Below are positions 26,087-34,987 of a DNA stretch of 40,557 nucleotides, piece after piece. Under the pieces are notes generated by a model. That model saw nothing but the letters and a program-made list of their open reading frames with translations. It ran no database searches and was not told the origin of the DNA. The stretch is from an uncultured Desulfobacteraceae bacterium (GTDB lineage Bacteria; Desulfobacterota; DSM-4660; Desulfatiglandales; HGW-15). Both the position numbers and the translations under genes were made by a program. The stretch is taken from NCBI GenBank assembly GCA_964484515.1, contig CAZAGT010000006.1, forward strand, positions 1-40,557, in the 5' to 3' direction. Every line of letters starts with the position of its first letter. The first letter of the stretch is position 1.

Positions 26087-27379
26087 CTACGTGAAGACCC
26101 GTTCGAAGATCGTATCCACGTGTTTGAGGTGATAATCGAGATTGAAGATCTCCTCAATCCGTTCTTTGCCAAGATGCGCCTCTATTTCCGGGTCCTTCAA
26201 GAGGAGCGTCTTGAAATCCTGCTGCGTCTCCCAGACCCGCAACGCGTTTCTTTGGACCATCTCATACGCCTTTTGTCGTTGCAGGCCCTTCTCCGCCAAG
26301 GCCATCAGGACCTGCTGCGAAAAGATGAGGCCTCGCAACGTATCGAGGTTTTCGGCCATCCTGTCGCGATGGATCACAAGGTCATCCAAAATGCGGGTCA
26401 GGCGGCAGACCATGAAATCGATCAGGATGGTGCTGTCCGGGCCGATAACCCGCTCGACCGAACTGTGGCTGATATCCCGTTCATGCCAGAGGGCCATGTT
26501 TTCCATCGCGGCGAAGGCATTGGAGCGGACAAGCCGTGCGAGTCCGGAGATATTTTCGGTGCCGATCGGGTTCTTCTTGTGCGGCATGGCGGAAGAGCCC
26601 TTTTGCCCCTTCGCAAAGGCCTCCTCGGCCTCGCGCACTTCCGTCCGTTGAAGGTGTCGGATCTCGACGGCGATTTTTTCTAGGGTGCCGGCGAGCAGGG
26701 CCAGCGCCGTGAAATACTGGGCGTGCCGATCGCGTTGGATGATCTGGGTCGATATCTCCGCCGGCTTGAGACCCAGAATCCGGCAGGCGGAGGCCTCGAT
26801 CGTGGGCGAGACGTTGGCAAAGGTCCCCACGGCGCCGGAGAGCTTGCCGTAGCTTATGACGTCAAGGGCCGCTTTCAGCCGTTCGCGGTGCCGTTTCAAC
26901 TCGGCATACCAAACCGCCAATTTGAAGCCGAACGTGATCGGCTCGGCGTGGATCCCGTGCGACCGGCCGATCATCGGCGTATCCTTCTCTTTGAAGGCCC
27001 GTTCCTTGATGACGGCCATGAGGGCCTCGACGTCGTCGATGATCAGGGTCATCGCCTCTTTGAGCAGCAGGGCCAGGCTGGTATCGAGGATATCGGAGGA
27101 GGTCAGCCCCAGATGGATAAAACGGGAGTCCGGCCCCACGTATTCCTCCACGTTCGTGAGGAAGGCGATGACGTCGTGCTTTGTCTTCTTTTCGATCTCC
27201 AGGATGCGGTCAACCGAGAAGGTCGCCTTTTCCTTGATGTTACGCAGGGCCTCGGCCGGGATCAAGCCCTCCTCAGCCATGGCCTCACAGGCCGCAATCT
27301 CGACCTCGAGCCATTTGGCATAACGGTTTTCTGCTTCCCAGACGCGGCCCATTTCAGGGCGCGTATAACGGCGTATCAT
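26087..27379 (-). CDS. purB: Adenylosuccinate lyase
   Basis: 430 aa. The N-terminus MIRRYTRPEMGRVW and the fumarate-lyase signature region (GSSAMPHKKNP) are present. Confidence 0.9.
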   Translation of the reverse strand: MIRRYTRPEMGRVWEAENRYAKWLEVEIAACEAMAEEGLIPAEALRNIKEKATFSVDRILEIEKKTKHDVIAFLTNVEEYVGPDSRFIHLGLTSSDILDTSLALLLKEAMTLIIDDVEALMAVIKERAFKEKDTPMIGRSHGIHAEPITFGFKLAVWYAELKRHRERLKAALDVISYGKLSGAVGTFANVSPTIEASACRILGLKPAEISTQIIQRDRHAQYFTALALLAGTLEKIAVEIRHLQRTEVREAEEAFAKGQKGSSAMPHKKNPIGTENISGLARLVRSNAFAAMENMALWHERDISHSSVERVIGPDSTILIDFMVCRLTRILDDLVIHRDRMAENLDTLRGLIFSQQVLMALAEKGLQRQKAYEMVQRNALRVWETQQDFKTLLLKDPEIEAHLGKERIEEIFNLDYHLKHVDTIFERVFT

Positions 27380-27603
27380 CTCCGGATCCTCACGGCATCA
27401 GGAAGACGGTTGCATTGCGAGCAGGCAATAACCCCAAGGGTTCCCATAACGAGGGTTAGCCATCTATTAAAACGAGCAGAACGACAAAAATCAACTGCAA
27501 AGTGTGGCTCGTGGGCGCGGACGCCTCGTGGCCTCGGGGGTGTTTAGACCTCCGGTACGAGCGAGGTATATTATGCAATTGTTGTACCTCTTTCAATGCC
27601 CAA

Positions 27604-29229
27604 TCATGCCTCAAACAGATTCGTGAACGCAAACGCTTCAGCGTCGAAAAGGCCTTTGTCACTCAGTTTCAATTTGGGGATTACAAGGAGGGCCATAAAG
27701 GAGAGGGTCATGTACGCGGCCTTCAACGAAGACCCCAGGTCAGCGGCCACGCGGTTGAGGCGGGCATAGCGTTCCGCCACCTCATAACCTTCAGACTCGG
27801 CCATGAGCCCGGCGACCGGTAGGGGGAGGGTTTCTAGTGCGTCGTCGTAGGCCGCAGAGAGGCCGCCGCGGCCTCTGATGACGGCATTGACCGCCCGGGC
27901 GATATCCTCGTCGGAGACACCAACGGCGACGATATTATGAGAATCATGGGCAACAGAAGAGGCCAGGGCGCCCCGTTTGAGCCCAAAGTTGGAGACGAAA
28001 GCAACGGCGGGCGCTTCATCTTGATAGCGGTTGACGACGACGATCTTGAGGATATCCCGATCGGGGTCGGAGACGACATTCCCATTCACAATCTTAGGAT
28101 CAATCAGCATCTTCTCTGTCGTCAGCGAGCCATCATGGGCCACGATGACCTTGATCCTGCGGCCGCGAGGTTCGACCTTGAGGTCGGCCGGCGTCTTCTC
28201 TGAGGCCTCAAAACGGTTGACGGTTGCCACGGGAATCCTTGGCATTCGAGGTTCACCGTTTTCAGCAACCACCTGACCCCGGATATAGGTCTTGAGGACG
28301 GTGAGGTCTTCGAGGTTGTCCACGACCACGAAATCGGCGTCATCTCCCGGCTGAACCAGCCCCACATCGAGTCCATAGTGTTCGACCGGGTTCAGCGAGG
28401 CGGCCCTGAATACCTCCAAGGGATCGTGACCAAGGTCCAACGCCCGCTTGACGAGCCTGTTGATATGACCGAGGGTCAGATCGTCCGGGTGCTGATCGTC
28501 GCAGCAAAACATGCAGCCGGCCGGGTACGTATCAATGAGATCGACAAAGGTATCGAAGTCCTTTGCGGCTGAGCCCTCCCGGATGAGGAGCTTCATTCCC
28601 AGGGCGAGCTTCTCGAGGGCCTCTTCGCGATCGAGGGTTTCGTGATCCGTCGTGATCCCTGCCTGAAAGTACGTTCGAAGCGGTGCCCCTCGGAGGCCCG
28701 GCGCATGTCCATCGATGGGCTTGCCATATTTCTTGGCCAGCGCGATCTTCGTCCCCAGGACGGGATCGCCCGAAATCACACCCGGTACGTTCATGACCTC
28801 GCTCAAAAACTTGATGTCTTGCATGCCCAGCAGGCGCTCCACGCCATCCACCCCCAACTCCGCCCCGGCCGTTTCAAAGGGTGTCGCCGGCACGCAGGAG
28901 GGTGCGCCGAAGTAGAACTTGAAGGGAACCTGTTTGCTGTTTTCGATCATGTAGAGGACCCCATCGATGCCGAGGACGTTGGCGATCTCATGGGGATCAG
29001 AGACGGTCGCGACGGTGCCGTGCACGGCGGCCAGACGGGCAAACTCGGAAGGCACCAGCATGGAGCTTTCAATGTGGACGTGGGCATCTATGAGCGGGGG
29101 TATGATGAAGCGATCGAGTTCGGTCTCGCCTGCTGCGATGTCGACGATCTTTCCACCCTCTATCGTGAGGGTCGCCGGATAGATTCTCGCGTTGAGGACA
29201 TCGACGAGGTTCCCGGACTCCAACACCAT
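27604..29229 (-). CDS. ade: Adenine deaminase
   Basis: 541 aa. Amidohydrolase metal motif LIDAHVHIESSML; also TVATVSDPHEIANVLG and later DGHAPG blocks typical of adenine deaminase. Confidence 0.8.
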   Translation of the reverse strand: MVLESGNLVDVLNARIYPATLTIEGGKIVDIAAGETELDRFIIPPLIDAHVHIESSMLVPSEFARLAAVHGTVATVSDPHEIANVLGIDGVLYMIENSKQVPFKFYFGAPSCVPATPFETAGAELGVDGVERLLGMQDIKFLSEVMNVPGVISGDPVLGTKIALAKKYGKPIDGHAPGLRGAPLRTYFQAGITTDHETLDREEALEKLALGMKLLIREGSAAKDFDTFVDLIDTYPAGCMFCCDDQHPDDLTLGHINRLVKRALDLGHDPLEVFRAASLNPVEHYGLDVGLVQPGDDADFVVVDNLEDLTVLKTYIRGQVVAENGEPRMPRIPVATVNRFEASEKTPADLKVEPRGRRIKVIVAHDGSLTTEKMLIDPKIVNGNVVSDPDRDILKIVVVNRYQDEAPAVAFVSNFGLKRGALASSVAHDSHNIVAVGVSDEDIARAVNAVIRGRGGLSAAYDDALETLPLPVAGLMAESEGYEVAERYARLNRVAADLGSSLKAAYMTLSFMALLVIPKLKLSDKGLFDAEAFAFTNLFEA

Positions 29230-29235
29230 CGTGGT

Positions 29236-31008
29236 TTATCCCTGGCCCTTTTGCTTTGCCAACTCCTCTTCTTTGAGCACTCGCCGCAGGATCTTACCGA
29301 CCATGGTCGTGGGGAGCTCATCGCGAAACTCGATCAGTCCCGGGACCTTGTAGTGGGTCATATTTTCTTTGGCCCACGCCTGGATATCACCGGTCGATAC
29401 ACTCCCCTTTTTCTCTGGATCGACAACCACGAAGGCCTTGACCACCTCCCCGAACTCTTCGTCCGGAATACCGATGACGGCCACGTTCTGGACATCAGGG
29501 TGCTTGTGCAGCAGGTCCTCCACTTCGGCCGGGAAGATCGCGTAGCCCTTGTATTTGATCATGTCCTTGGCCCGGTCGCGGATGAGGGTGTAGCCATCGG
29601 CGTCAATGCAGGCGATGTCACCCGTATAGAGCCAGCCGTCGCGGATCGCCGCCTTCGACTCCTCCGGCCGGTTCAGATACCCCTTCATCACCTGAGGCCC
29701 TTTGACCACCAGTTCGCCCGTGAAGGCGTCGGCCTCGATGGCCTGCTCTGCCGTCAGCCCTCCGGTCTTGGCGACCGCGAAAGGGAGGCGCGGGAGTTCT
29801 TTTTCGCCCGTCTCCTTATCCATGATCTTGATGTCCGTGTCGGGAAAGGGAAGACCGATGGTGCCCTGCTTGCGCAGTTCCATGTCGATCGGGTTGGCGA
29901 GGGCCACCGGCGTGGCCTCTGAGAGGCCGTAGCCCTCGACAATGATACTGCCGGTCAAGGCCTCAAATCGATTCTGGACCTCAAGGGGCAGGGGACTGGC
30001 CCCCGAGATGGCCATGAGAAGGGAGCTGAGGTCGTAGTCCCGCACCTTGGGATGGGTGTTGATCCGGTTAAAGAGGACGGCAACACCCGGCATGATGAAA
30101 CCACCCTGGGTCCCGTATTTCTGGATGGCTGCAAACAGGTCCGACAAATCGGCGGGCGGTCTCGGAAAGAGGAGCTGAAAGCCACCCAGGTGGATGGAGA
30201 CATTCATGACCGTGGTCATGGCATAGGAATGAAACAGGGGCAGCACGCCGATGATCCCCATCCCCGGCTTGCGTTTCCAAAGCCAGGCCCCGCATTGAAC
30301 GGCGTTCGCAACCACGTTGCGGTGGGTAAGCATGGCCCCCTTGGGAAGCCCTGTCGTTCCCCCGGTGTATTGGAGGACCGCAATGTCGTTTTCGGCATCG
30401 ATCTCCACCGACGGCGGCGAGGGATCGGTCTTGATCAGTTCGCTCAATTTCAGTGCCCCGGCGGGCAGTTCTCCGGTCGGGATCTTCTTGAGTAGCTTCC
30501 CGAGCATTCGTTTAACAGCCGAGAAGCCGCAAAGATCCACGACGTTGGTTCCAATGACATGCTCCACCGGCGTCCCGGCGAGGCCCTGACCCGCCTCTTC
30601 AGAAACGGCATCCAGGACGATGAGGGCCTTGGCTGCCGAGTCCTTGAGTTGGTGTTGGATTTCGAGCGCCTTGTAGGTCGGATTGATGGCCGAGACGGTT
30701 ACACCGAGGAGGTGGCAGGCGTAGTAACTGACCACATATTGGTGGGAATTCGGGAGCATGAGGGCACAGACGTCGCCCTTTTTCAGGCCCAAGCGACTCA
30801 GAGCGGTGGCCAGCCGACGGACGAGTTCCCAGAGCTGATCATAGGTGAGGGTAGAATCCAGGAAGTTGATGGCTACCTGTGAGCCGACCCTCGAGGTGGT
30901 TTCCCTCAAGAAATCGGCAAGGGAGCAGTCGGGATAATCCAGGCACTTAGGTACCTGGCTGGGCCAGTGGCTGTACCAATCGCGGTCACCAAGGGATCTC
31001 TCGGACAT
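29236..31008 (-). CDS. fadD: Long-chain acyl-CoA ligase (AMP-dependent synthetase)
   Basis: ORF-track 29236..31116 trimmed to ATG 31008, preceded by AAGGAGGG. AMP-binding motif LQYTGGTTGLPKGAMLTHRN, plus GYGLSE and a C-terminal GKILRR. Confidence 0.8.
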   Translation of the reverse strand: MSERSLGDRDWYSHWPSQVPKCLDYPDCSLADFLRETTSRVGSQVAINFLDSTLTYDQLWELVRRLATALSRLGLKKGDVCALMLPNSHQYVVSYYACHLLGVTVSAINPTYKALEIQHQLKDSAAKALIVLDAVSEEAGQGLAGTPVEHVIGTNVVDLCGFSAVKRMLGKLLKKIPTGELPAGALKLSELIKTDPSPPSVEIDAENDIAVLQYTGGTTGLPKGAMLTHRNVVANAVQCGAWLWKRKPGMGIIGVLPLFHSYAMTTVMNVSIHLGGFQLLFPRPPADLSDLFAAIQKYGTQGGFIMPGVAVLFNRINTHPKVRDYDLSSLLMAISGASPLPLEVQNRFEALTGSIIVEGYGLSEATPVALANPIDMELRKQGTIGLPFPDTDIKIMDKETGEKELPRLPFAVAKTGGLTAEQAIEADAFTGELVVKGPQVMKGYLNRPEESKAAIRDGWLYTGDIACIDADGYTLIRDRAKDMIKYKGYAIFPAEVEDLLHKHPDVQNVAVIGIPDEEFGEVVKAFVVVDPEKKGSVSTGDIQAWAKENMTHYKVPGLIEFRDELPTTMVGKILRRVLKEEELAKQKGQG

Positions 31009-31126
31009 GCTCACCCTCCTTTGCACTAACAGGTTGTTATAGGCTGGCCTCCTGTTTGCCGCGTTCGATCTCAAGACCGGAAATGCGGGAACGGTATTGC
31101 TCACCACCGACGGCAAGTCGGATAAG

Positions 31127-31156
31127 AGTATAGAAATTAAAGGGATTTTGTGTCAA
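31127..31156 (-). promoter_or_regulatory. Strong candidate sigma-70 promoter for the acyl-CoA ligase / ade unit
   Basis: The minus strand reads TTGACA (31156-31151), 18-nt spacer, TATACT (31132-31127), about 115 nt upstream of ATG 31008. Confidence 0.55.
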
Positions 31157-31261
31157 GAGCAAATCCGTGGCGATCTTTCCCTTTGACAGGCCCATCCCGT
31201 TAACCTACTATTTTTGGTCTCAGCATGCGTCCCGAACATATCCCGTCCGGTTCGCTAGAGC

Positions 31262-31526
31262 TAGCGAAGCTGTCGAAAAACCGATTTCGCTGAGGCTGAT
31301 GGAAGATGCCCGTATGCAAGGCTTCCGAACTCCTGAGGAATGAGGCGTAAATGAGTGGCACACGGCTCAAGGCGCAAGGCTTGAGGCAAAGACAAGCGAC
31401 AGCAGTCAGTTTCCCCCTTCAGCCTTCCACCTTCTACCTTTTACCTTCTGTGTACGCCGCAGTGACGAGGGATAAGGGTAATCCCGATTCCATCGGGACA
31501 GATGGGCGGTTTCCGACAGCCTCAGC
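31262..31526 (+). repeat. Copy A (short form, ~265 bp) of the MITE-like repeat family
   Basis: Imperfect terminal inverted repeats: GAAGCTGTCGAAAAACCG (31266-31283) versus the reverse complement of 31507-31523 (GAGGCTGTCGGAAACCG). An internal GCTGAGGCTG (31289-31298) is perfectly complementary to CAGCCTCAGC (31517-31526). About 170 bp are near-identical to copy B in inverted orientation. Confidence 0.85.
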
Positions 31527-31538
31527 AGGAGTCTTGAT

Positions 31539-32102
31539 TTGAACACCAAGTTAGTCTGGATAGACCTGGAGATGACCGGGCTCGACCCTGAAAGAGACGT
31601 CATCCTTGAGATCGCAACGATCGTGACGGACGGGTTCTTGGAGATCGAGGCCGAAGGCCCGACCATTGCGATTCATTATCCCGAAGAGGTCCTGGAGGGG
31701 ATGGATGAATGGAGCAAGGCCCATCACAAGGAATCGGGTTTGACGGATCGGGTTAGGGCCTCCTCTTGTGATGTCGCCTCTGCCGAACAGATGACCCTGG
31801 ATTTTCTGGCCGGCCGGTGCAAGGAGGCGAAATCGCCGCTCTGTGGGAATTCCGTGTGGCAGGATAGACGGTTTCTCAGCAAGTACATGCCCCGGCTGGA
31901 GGCGTTTTTCCACTACCGGATTGTGGACGTGAGTTCCATCAAGGAACTGGTTCAGAGATGGTACCCTTCCCTGCCGACGTATGAAAAGCAGAAAGCCCAC
32001 CTGGCCTCGAGTGACATCAGGGAATCGATCAACGAGCTGCAATACTACCGAACGAACGTGTTTATCTCAGAGGATCACATACCGAAAGCAGTGTCTGATT
32101 GA
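31539..32102 (+). CDS. orn: Oligoribonuclease
   Basis: 187 aa with a TTG start; AGGAG lies 7 nt upstream, immediately after the repeat end. The N-terminus [27 protein letters not shown] is the DEDDh ExoI motif, and the C-terminal H-x4-D motif ([11 protein letters not shown]) is present. Confidence 0.88.
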   Translation: MNTKLVWIDLEMTGLDPERDVILEIATIVTDGFLEIEAEGPTIAIHYPEEVLEGMDEWSKAHHKESGLTDRVRASSCDVASAEQMTLDFLAGRCKEAKSPLCGNSVWQDRRFLSKYMPRLEAFFHYRIVDVSSIKELVQRWYPSLPTYEKQKAHLASSDIRESINELQYYRTNVFISEDHIPKAVSD

Positions 32103-32369
32103 CCTCGGGCACGATCACGGTTCCGCACAAAAGGCACTGAACAAACCCCTGCTCAAGATCCTGATTCCTACTCATGGAGTGTTCTTATTCAGCGCCGCCT
32201 CTTGCGGCTGGAGCTGCCAGTTTGATTGACCGGACGGATCGTATGCGCTAACGCGTTTCAAGAATTTAGAATGTTACGGATTTGACATCTTCAGGTCTTG
32301 GGAGGTGCGTTGAGGTTTCAAGGACCTCATTTCATGAAGTCTCATGCGAGCTAAAGTAGTTCTCTGCTG

Positions 32370-32771
32370 TCAGTCCTTGATGAGTACGGATGGGATATCC
32401 GTATGGCTGAAATTCCGGCCTTTGAAGAGCAACGGTTCGCCGGAGTATTTCGCCAAAGCGTAGGCACAGCAGTCGCCGATGTTCAGGCCAGCCGGATGGT
32501 TTCCCTTGCCAAAGGTCCTCCAGGCAGACCGTGCAAGCTCCACCTGATCAACGTTGATGGCGACAACTTCGATTCTAGCGCGGTGTATCAGCAGATCGAG
32601 TTCGCGTCCGCCCGTCTCCCCTTTCTTGGCCTCGATGACAATGCCGGTCTCCAGTGCATTGAAGGTGCTGATCAGTTTTTTCGGATTATCGGCAAGCGCC
32701 CGCGCAAAGGATTCGGCATCGCTCAGGGCCGTGAGCCTGTCGAACGGCAGATGGGCGTTTTCCGACAGCCT
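32370..32771 (-). pseudogene. vapC: Orphan VapC-like PIN-domain toxin gene lacking a canonical start codon and any antitoxin
   Basis: My own minus-strand translation gives ...HLPFDRLTALSDAESFARALADNPKKLISTFNALETGIVIEAKKGETGGRELDLLIHRARIEVVAINVDQVELARSAWRTFGKGNHPAGLNIGDCCAYALAKYSGEPLLFKGRNFSHTDIPSVLIKD*. The frame is closed upstream by TAG (32772-32774) with no ATG/GTG/TTG before the PFD motif. The ORF track reports only the antisense 32403..32777. Confidence 0.6.
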
Positions 32772-32851
32772 CTATAGAGACTTTCAAAATCGACCCTTTT
32801 CCGTTATTGTGTCTTTGTAATACGGCAACTACTTGAACCAGGAGGTGCGTC

Positions 32852-34927
32852 ATGAAGAGCGACCGTCGCCCATTCTTTCTAACCATTGTGTGTCTTTGCG
32901 GCCTCGCCATGAGCCATACGGTGTTTGCCGGACCCTATTCCCCTCTGAAGCAGCCGAGCCCCAAGGAAGAAGCATCGGGTGCTCCCATGATGGAACCGCT
33001 GCTTGAGGTCAACCAACTCCCGACCCCGTTTCCTTCGCGCCGCCAAATCATCGATGCGAACAAGGGGAGTGCCTGTCTGAAATGCCATCGAATGCCCTAT
33101 CCCACAGCCCCCTCGATGGGCGGCCAAGGAGGTTTACCCGCGATCCCCGTCACCCATCCCGGCGGCTGGAGCCTAATGACCCCCAGGCCGCACCCCTTTC
33201 ACAAGGTGGCCGAGTGTTGGAGCCCGGACGGGAAACAGGTCCTCTACTCGCTGAATCTGTATCGGAATGATTGGGACATCTGGGTCATGGATGCGGAAGG
33301 GAAAGAGCATCGGCCGCTGATCACCGGCGCGAGCATCGATCTGGCACCGAGTTGGAGTCCCGGCGGAACCTCCATCGCGTTTCAGTCCGATCGCTCCGGA
33401 AACAAGGATATCTGGCTCATGGATCTGGCGTCCAGAGAGTGTACGCGCCTTACCTCCGATCCGGCCGCGGACACCACGCCGAGGTGGTCGCCGGACGGCA
33501 GCAAGATCGTGTTTCAGTCCAACCGGACCGGTGACCCCGAGATCTGGCTGCTGGATCTGCACACGCGCCGGACGGTACAACTCACCTCTAGCCCTGGGCT
33601 GGAGGAATCCCCGATCTTCGCCCCCAGTGGTGATCTGATCGCGTTCGTGACCGAACGTGCAGGAAACAAGGACATCTATCTGATGAAGACCGACGGCTCA
33701 AGCCAAAGGGCTCTCACATCAACCCATGCAGATGAGGAGTGTCCCTTTTGGAGCCCGGACGGTCAGAGGATCATGTTTGCCCGCAGGATGGGAGACAACT
33801 GGGATCTCTGGGCCATGAACAGCGATGGGGGCGAACAGACACGGCTGACGACCCATCCCGCCGCCGAGACCTGTCCCCTCTGGAGTCCGGACGGGCAATG
33901 GGTCGTATTCTCCTCGTCGCTACGCGGCCGATGGGACGTCATTCGGATGCAGGTGGACGATTCCATGCTGGACCCTTCAAATGGGTCCCCGAGAAGGCTA
34001 ACGGATAGCGATGCCAGAGAGGTGGGCGCCGTCTGGAGTCCGGACGGCAAACGGATCGCCTATAACCACGGTGCCAGCAACTACTGGAGCATCTGGGTCA
34101 TGGAGATGGATGGCAGCGACAAGCGGCAGCTCACCGGAACAGACGAGGATGCGGGCTGGCCGGTCTGGAGCCCGGATGGTCGCCGGATTCTCTATTGGGC
34201 CTCACGGGACGGTAATCAGGACGTGTGGGTGATGGACGCCGACGGCCGCAATAAAAGGAGGTTGACGAGCGACCCTGCCCTCGACGGCTACGGCCAGTGG
34301 AGCCCGGATGGGCTGCAGATCGTCTTCGTCTCTGAGCGGACCGGCAACGGGGATCTCTATCTGATGGACGCCGATGGGAGCCGTGTCAAACGCCTGACCT
34401 TTGCCGATTCCCTCGATTGGACCCCATACTGGTCTTACGACGGCAAGCAGGTCTGCTACGTATCGAATGAGACCGGCCGGTGGGAGATCTGGACCGTGGA
34501 CGTGGAGACCCTGGAAAAGAGGCATCTGACGCCTGATTCGGGCGGCAATTTCGTGCCGCGCTGGCAGCCGGGGGGGCGGAAGATCCTCTATAACGGATGG
34601 CGCGGCGGCGAGTACACGATCGAGGGGAGCTTCGATGTGGTGGTGATGAACCCGGACGGCAGCGCCAAACAGCAACTGGTCCCTTCACCGATGGACGAGA
34701 TGTCCTGCCGTTGGAGCCCCGACGGGAGCCGCGTCGCGTTCTGGTCGTGGCGCCTCCAGAACCCGGATATCTACGTGGTAAACGCCGACGGTTGCGGTCT
34801 GCGGCGACTCACGCACAATCTGTCATGGGACGTGTTTCCAGCCTGGAGTCCGGACGGAAGGAAGATCGCCTTTGACTCCGACCGCCTGGGTAACTTTGAT
34901 ATCTGGGTGATAGATGTCCCGGAGTAG
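32852..34927 (+). CDS. Secreted PD40 (TolB-like WD40-like) beta-propeller repeat protein, ~13 blades, with one N-terminal CXXCH motif
   Basis: AGGAGG RBS and signal peptide. There are about 13 iterations of the W-S-P-D-G...F.S.R.G..DIW pattern. CLKCH lies at residues 75-79 (33074-33088). Confidence 0.8.
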   Translation: MKSDRRPFFLTIVCLCGLAMSHTVFAGPYSPLKQPSPKEEASGAPMMEPLLEVNQLPTPFPSRRQIIDANKGSACLKCHRMPYPTAPSMGGQGGLPAIPVTHPGGWSLMTPRPHPFHKVAECWSPDGKQVLYSLNLYRNDWDIWVMDAEGKEHRPLITGASIDLAPSWSPGGTSIAFQSDRSGNKDIWLMDLASRECTRLTSDPAADTTPRWSPDGSKIVFQSNRTGDPEIWLLDLHTRRTVQLTSSPGLEESPIFAPSGDLIAFVTERAGNKDIYLMKTDGSSQRALTSTHADEECPFWSPDGQRIMFARRMGDNWDLWAMNSDGGEQTRLTTHPAAETCPLWSPDGQWVVFSSSLRGRWDVIRMQVDDSMLDPSNGSPRRLTDSDAREVGAVWSPDGKRIAYNHGASNYWSIWVMEMDGSDKRQLTGTDEDAGWPVWSPDGRRILYWASRDGNQDVWVMDADGRNKRRLTSDPALDGYGQWSPDGLQIVFVSERTGNGDLYLMDADGSRVKRLTFADSLDWTPYWSYDGKQVCYVSNETGRWEIWTVDVETLEKRHLTPDSGGNFVPRWQPGGRKILYNGWRGGEYTIEGSFDVVVMNPDGSAKQQLVPSPMDEMSCRWSPDGSRVAFWSWRLQNPDIYVVNADGCGLRRLTHNLSWDVFPAWSPDGRKIAFDSDRLGNFDIWVIDVPE

Positions 34928-34987
34928 TCGCCGATACGGCCCCCGAGGAAAGAATTAAGAACTCGACAACCAATGAGGCACAGACGA

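Noticed and set aside
28642-29922. Long antisense ORFs in GC-rich genes, e.g. 28642..29922 (426 aa), 26723..27547, 25865..26683, 24961..25728, 12020..12883, 10976..11686 and 22729..23322
   Set aside because: Each lies opposite a gene with strong family motifs (ade/fadD, purB, YkuD protein, hydrolases, M14 peptidase). One even spans a gene boundary. They are Arg/Gly/Pro-rich with no RBS, as expected for shadow ORFs.
31351-31542. ORF-track peptides MSGTRLKAQGLRQRQATAVSFPLQPSTFYLLPSVY... (31351..31542 + and 36062..36355 -) that look like a conserved duplicated small protein
   Set aside because: The conservation simply reflects the nucleotide repeat, since both lie inside copies A and B. There is no RBS, the composition is low-complexity, and the two peptides diverge exactly where the repeat ends.
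32403-32777. 124-aa plus-strand ORF from the track
   Set aside because: The opposite strand encodes a clearly recognisable VapC/PIN sequence over the same coordinates. The plus-strand product has no motif and shows the typical antisense-of-GC-rich-gene composition.
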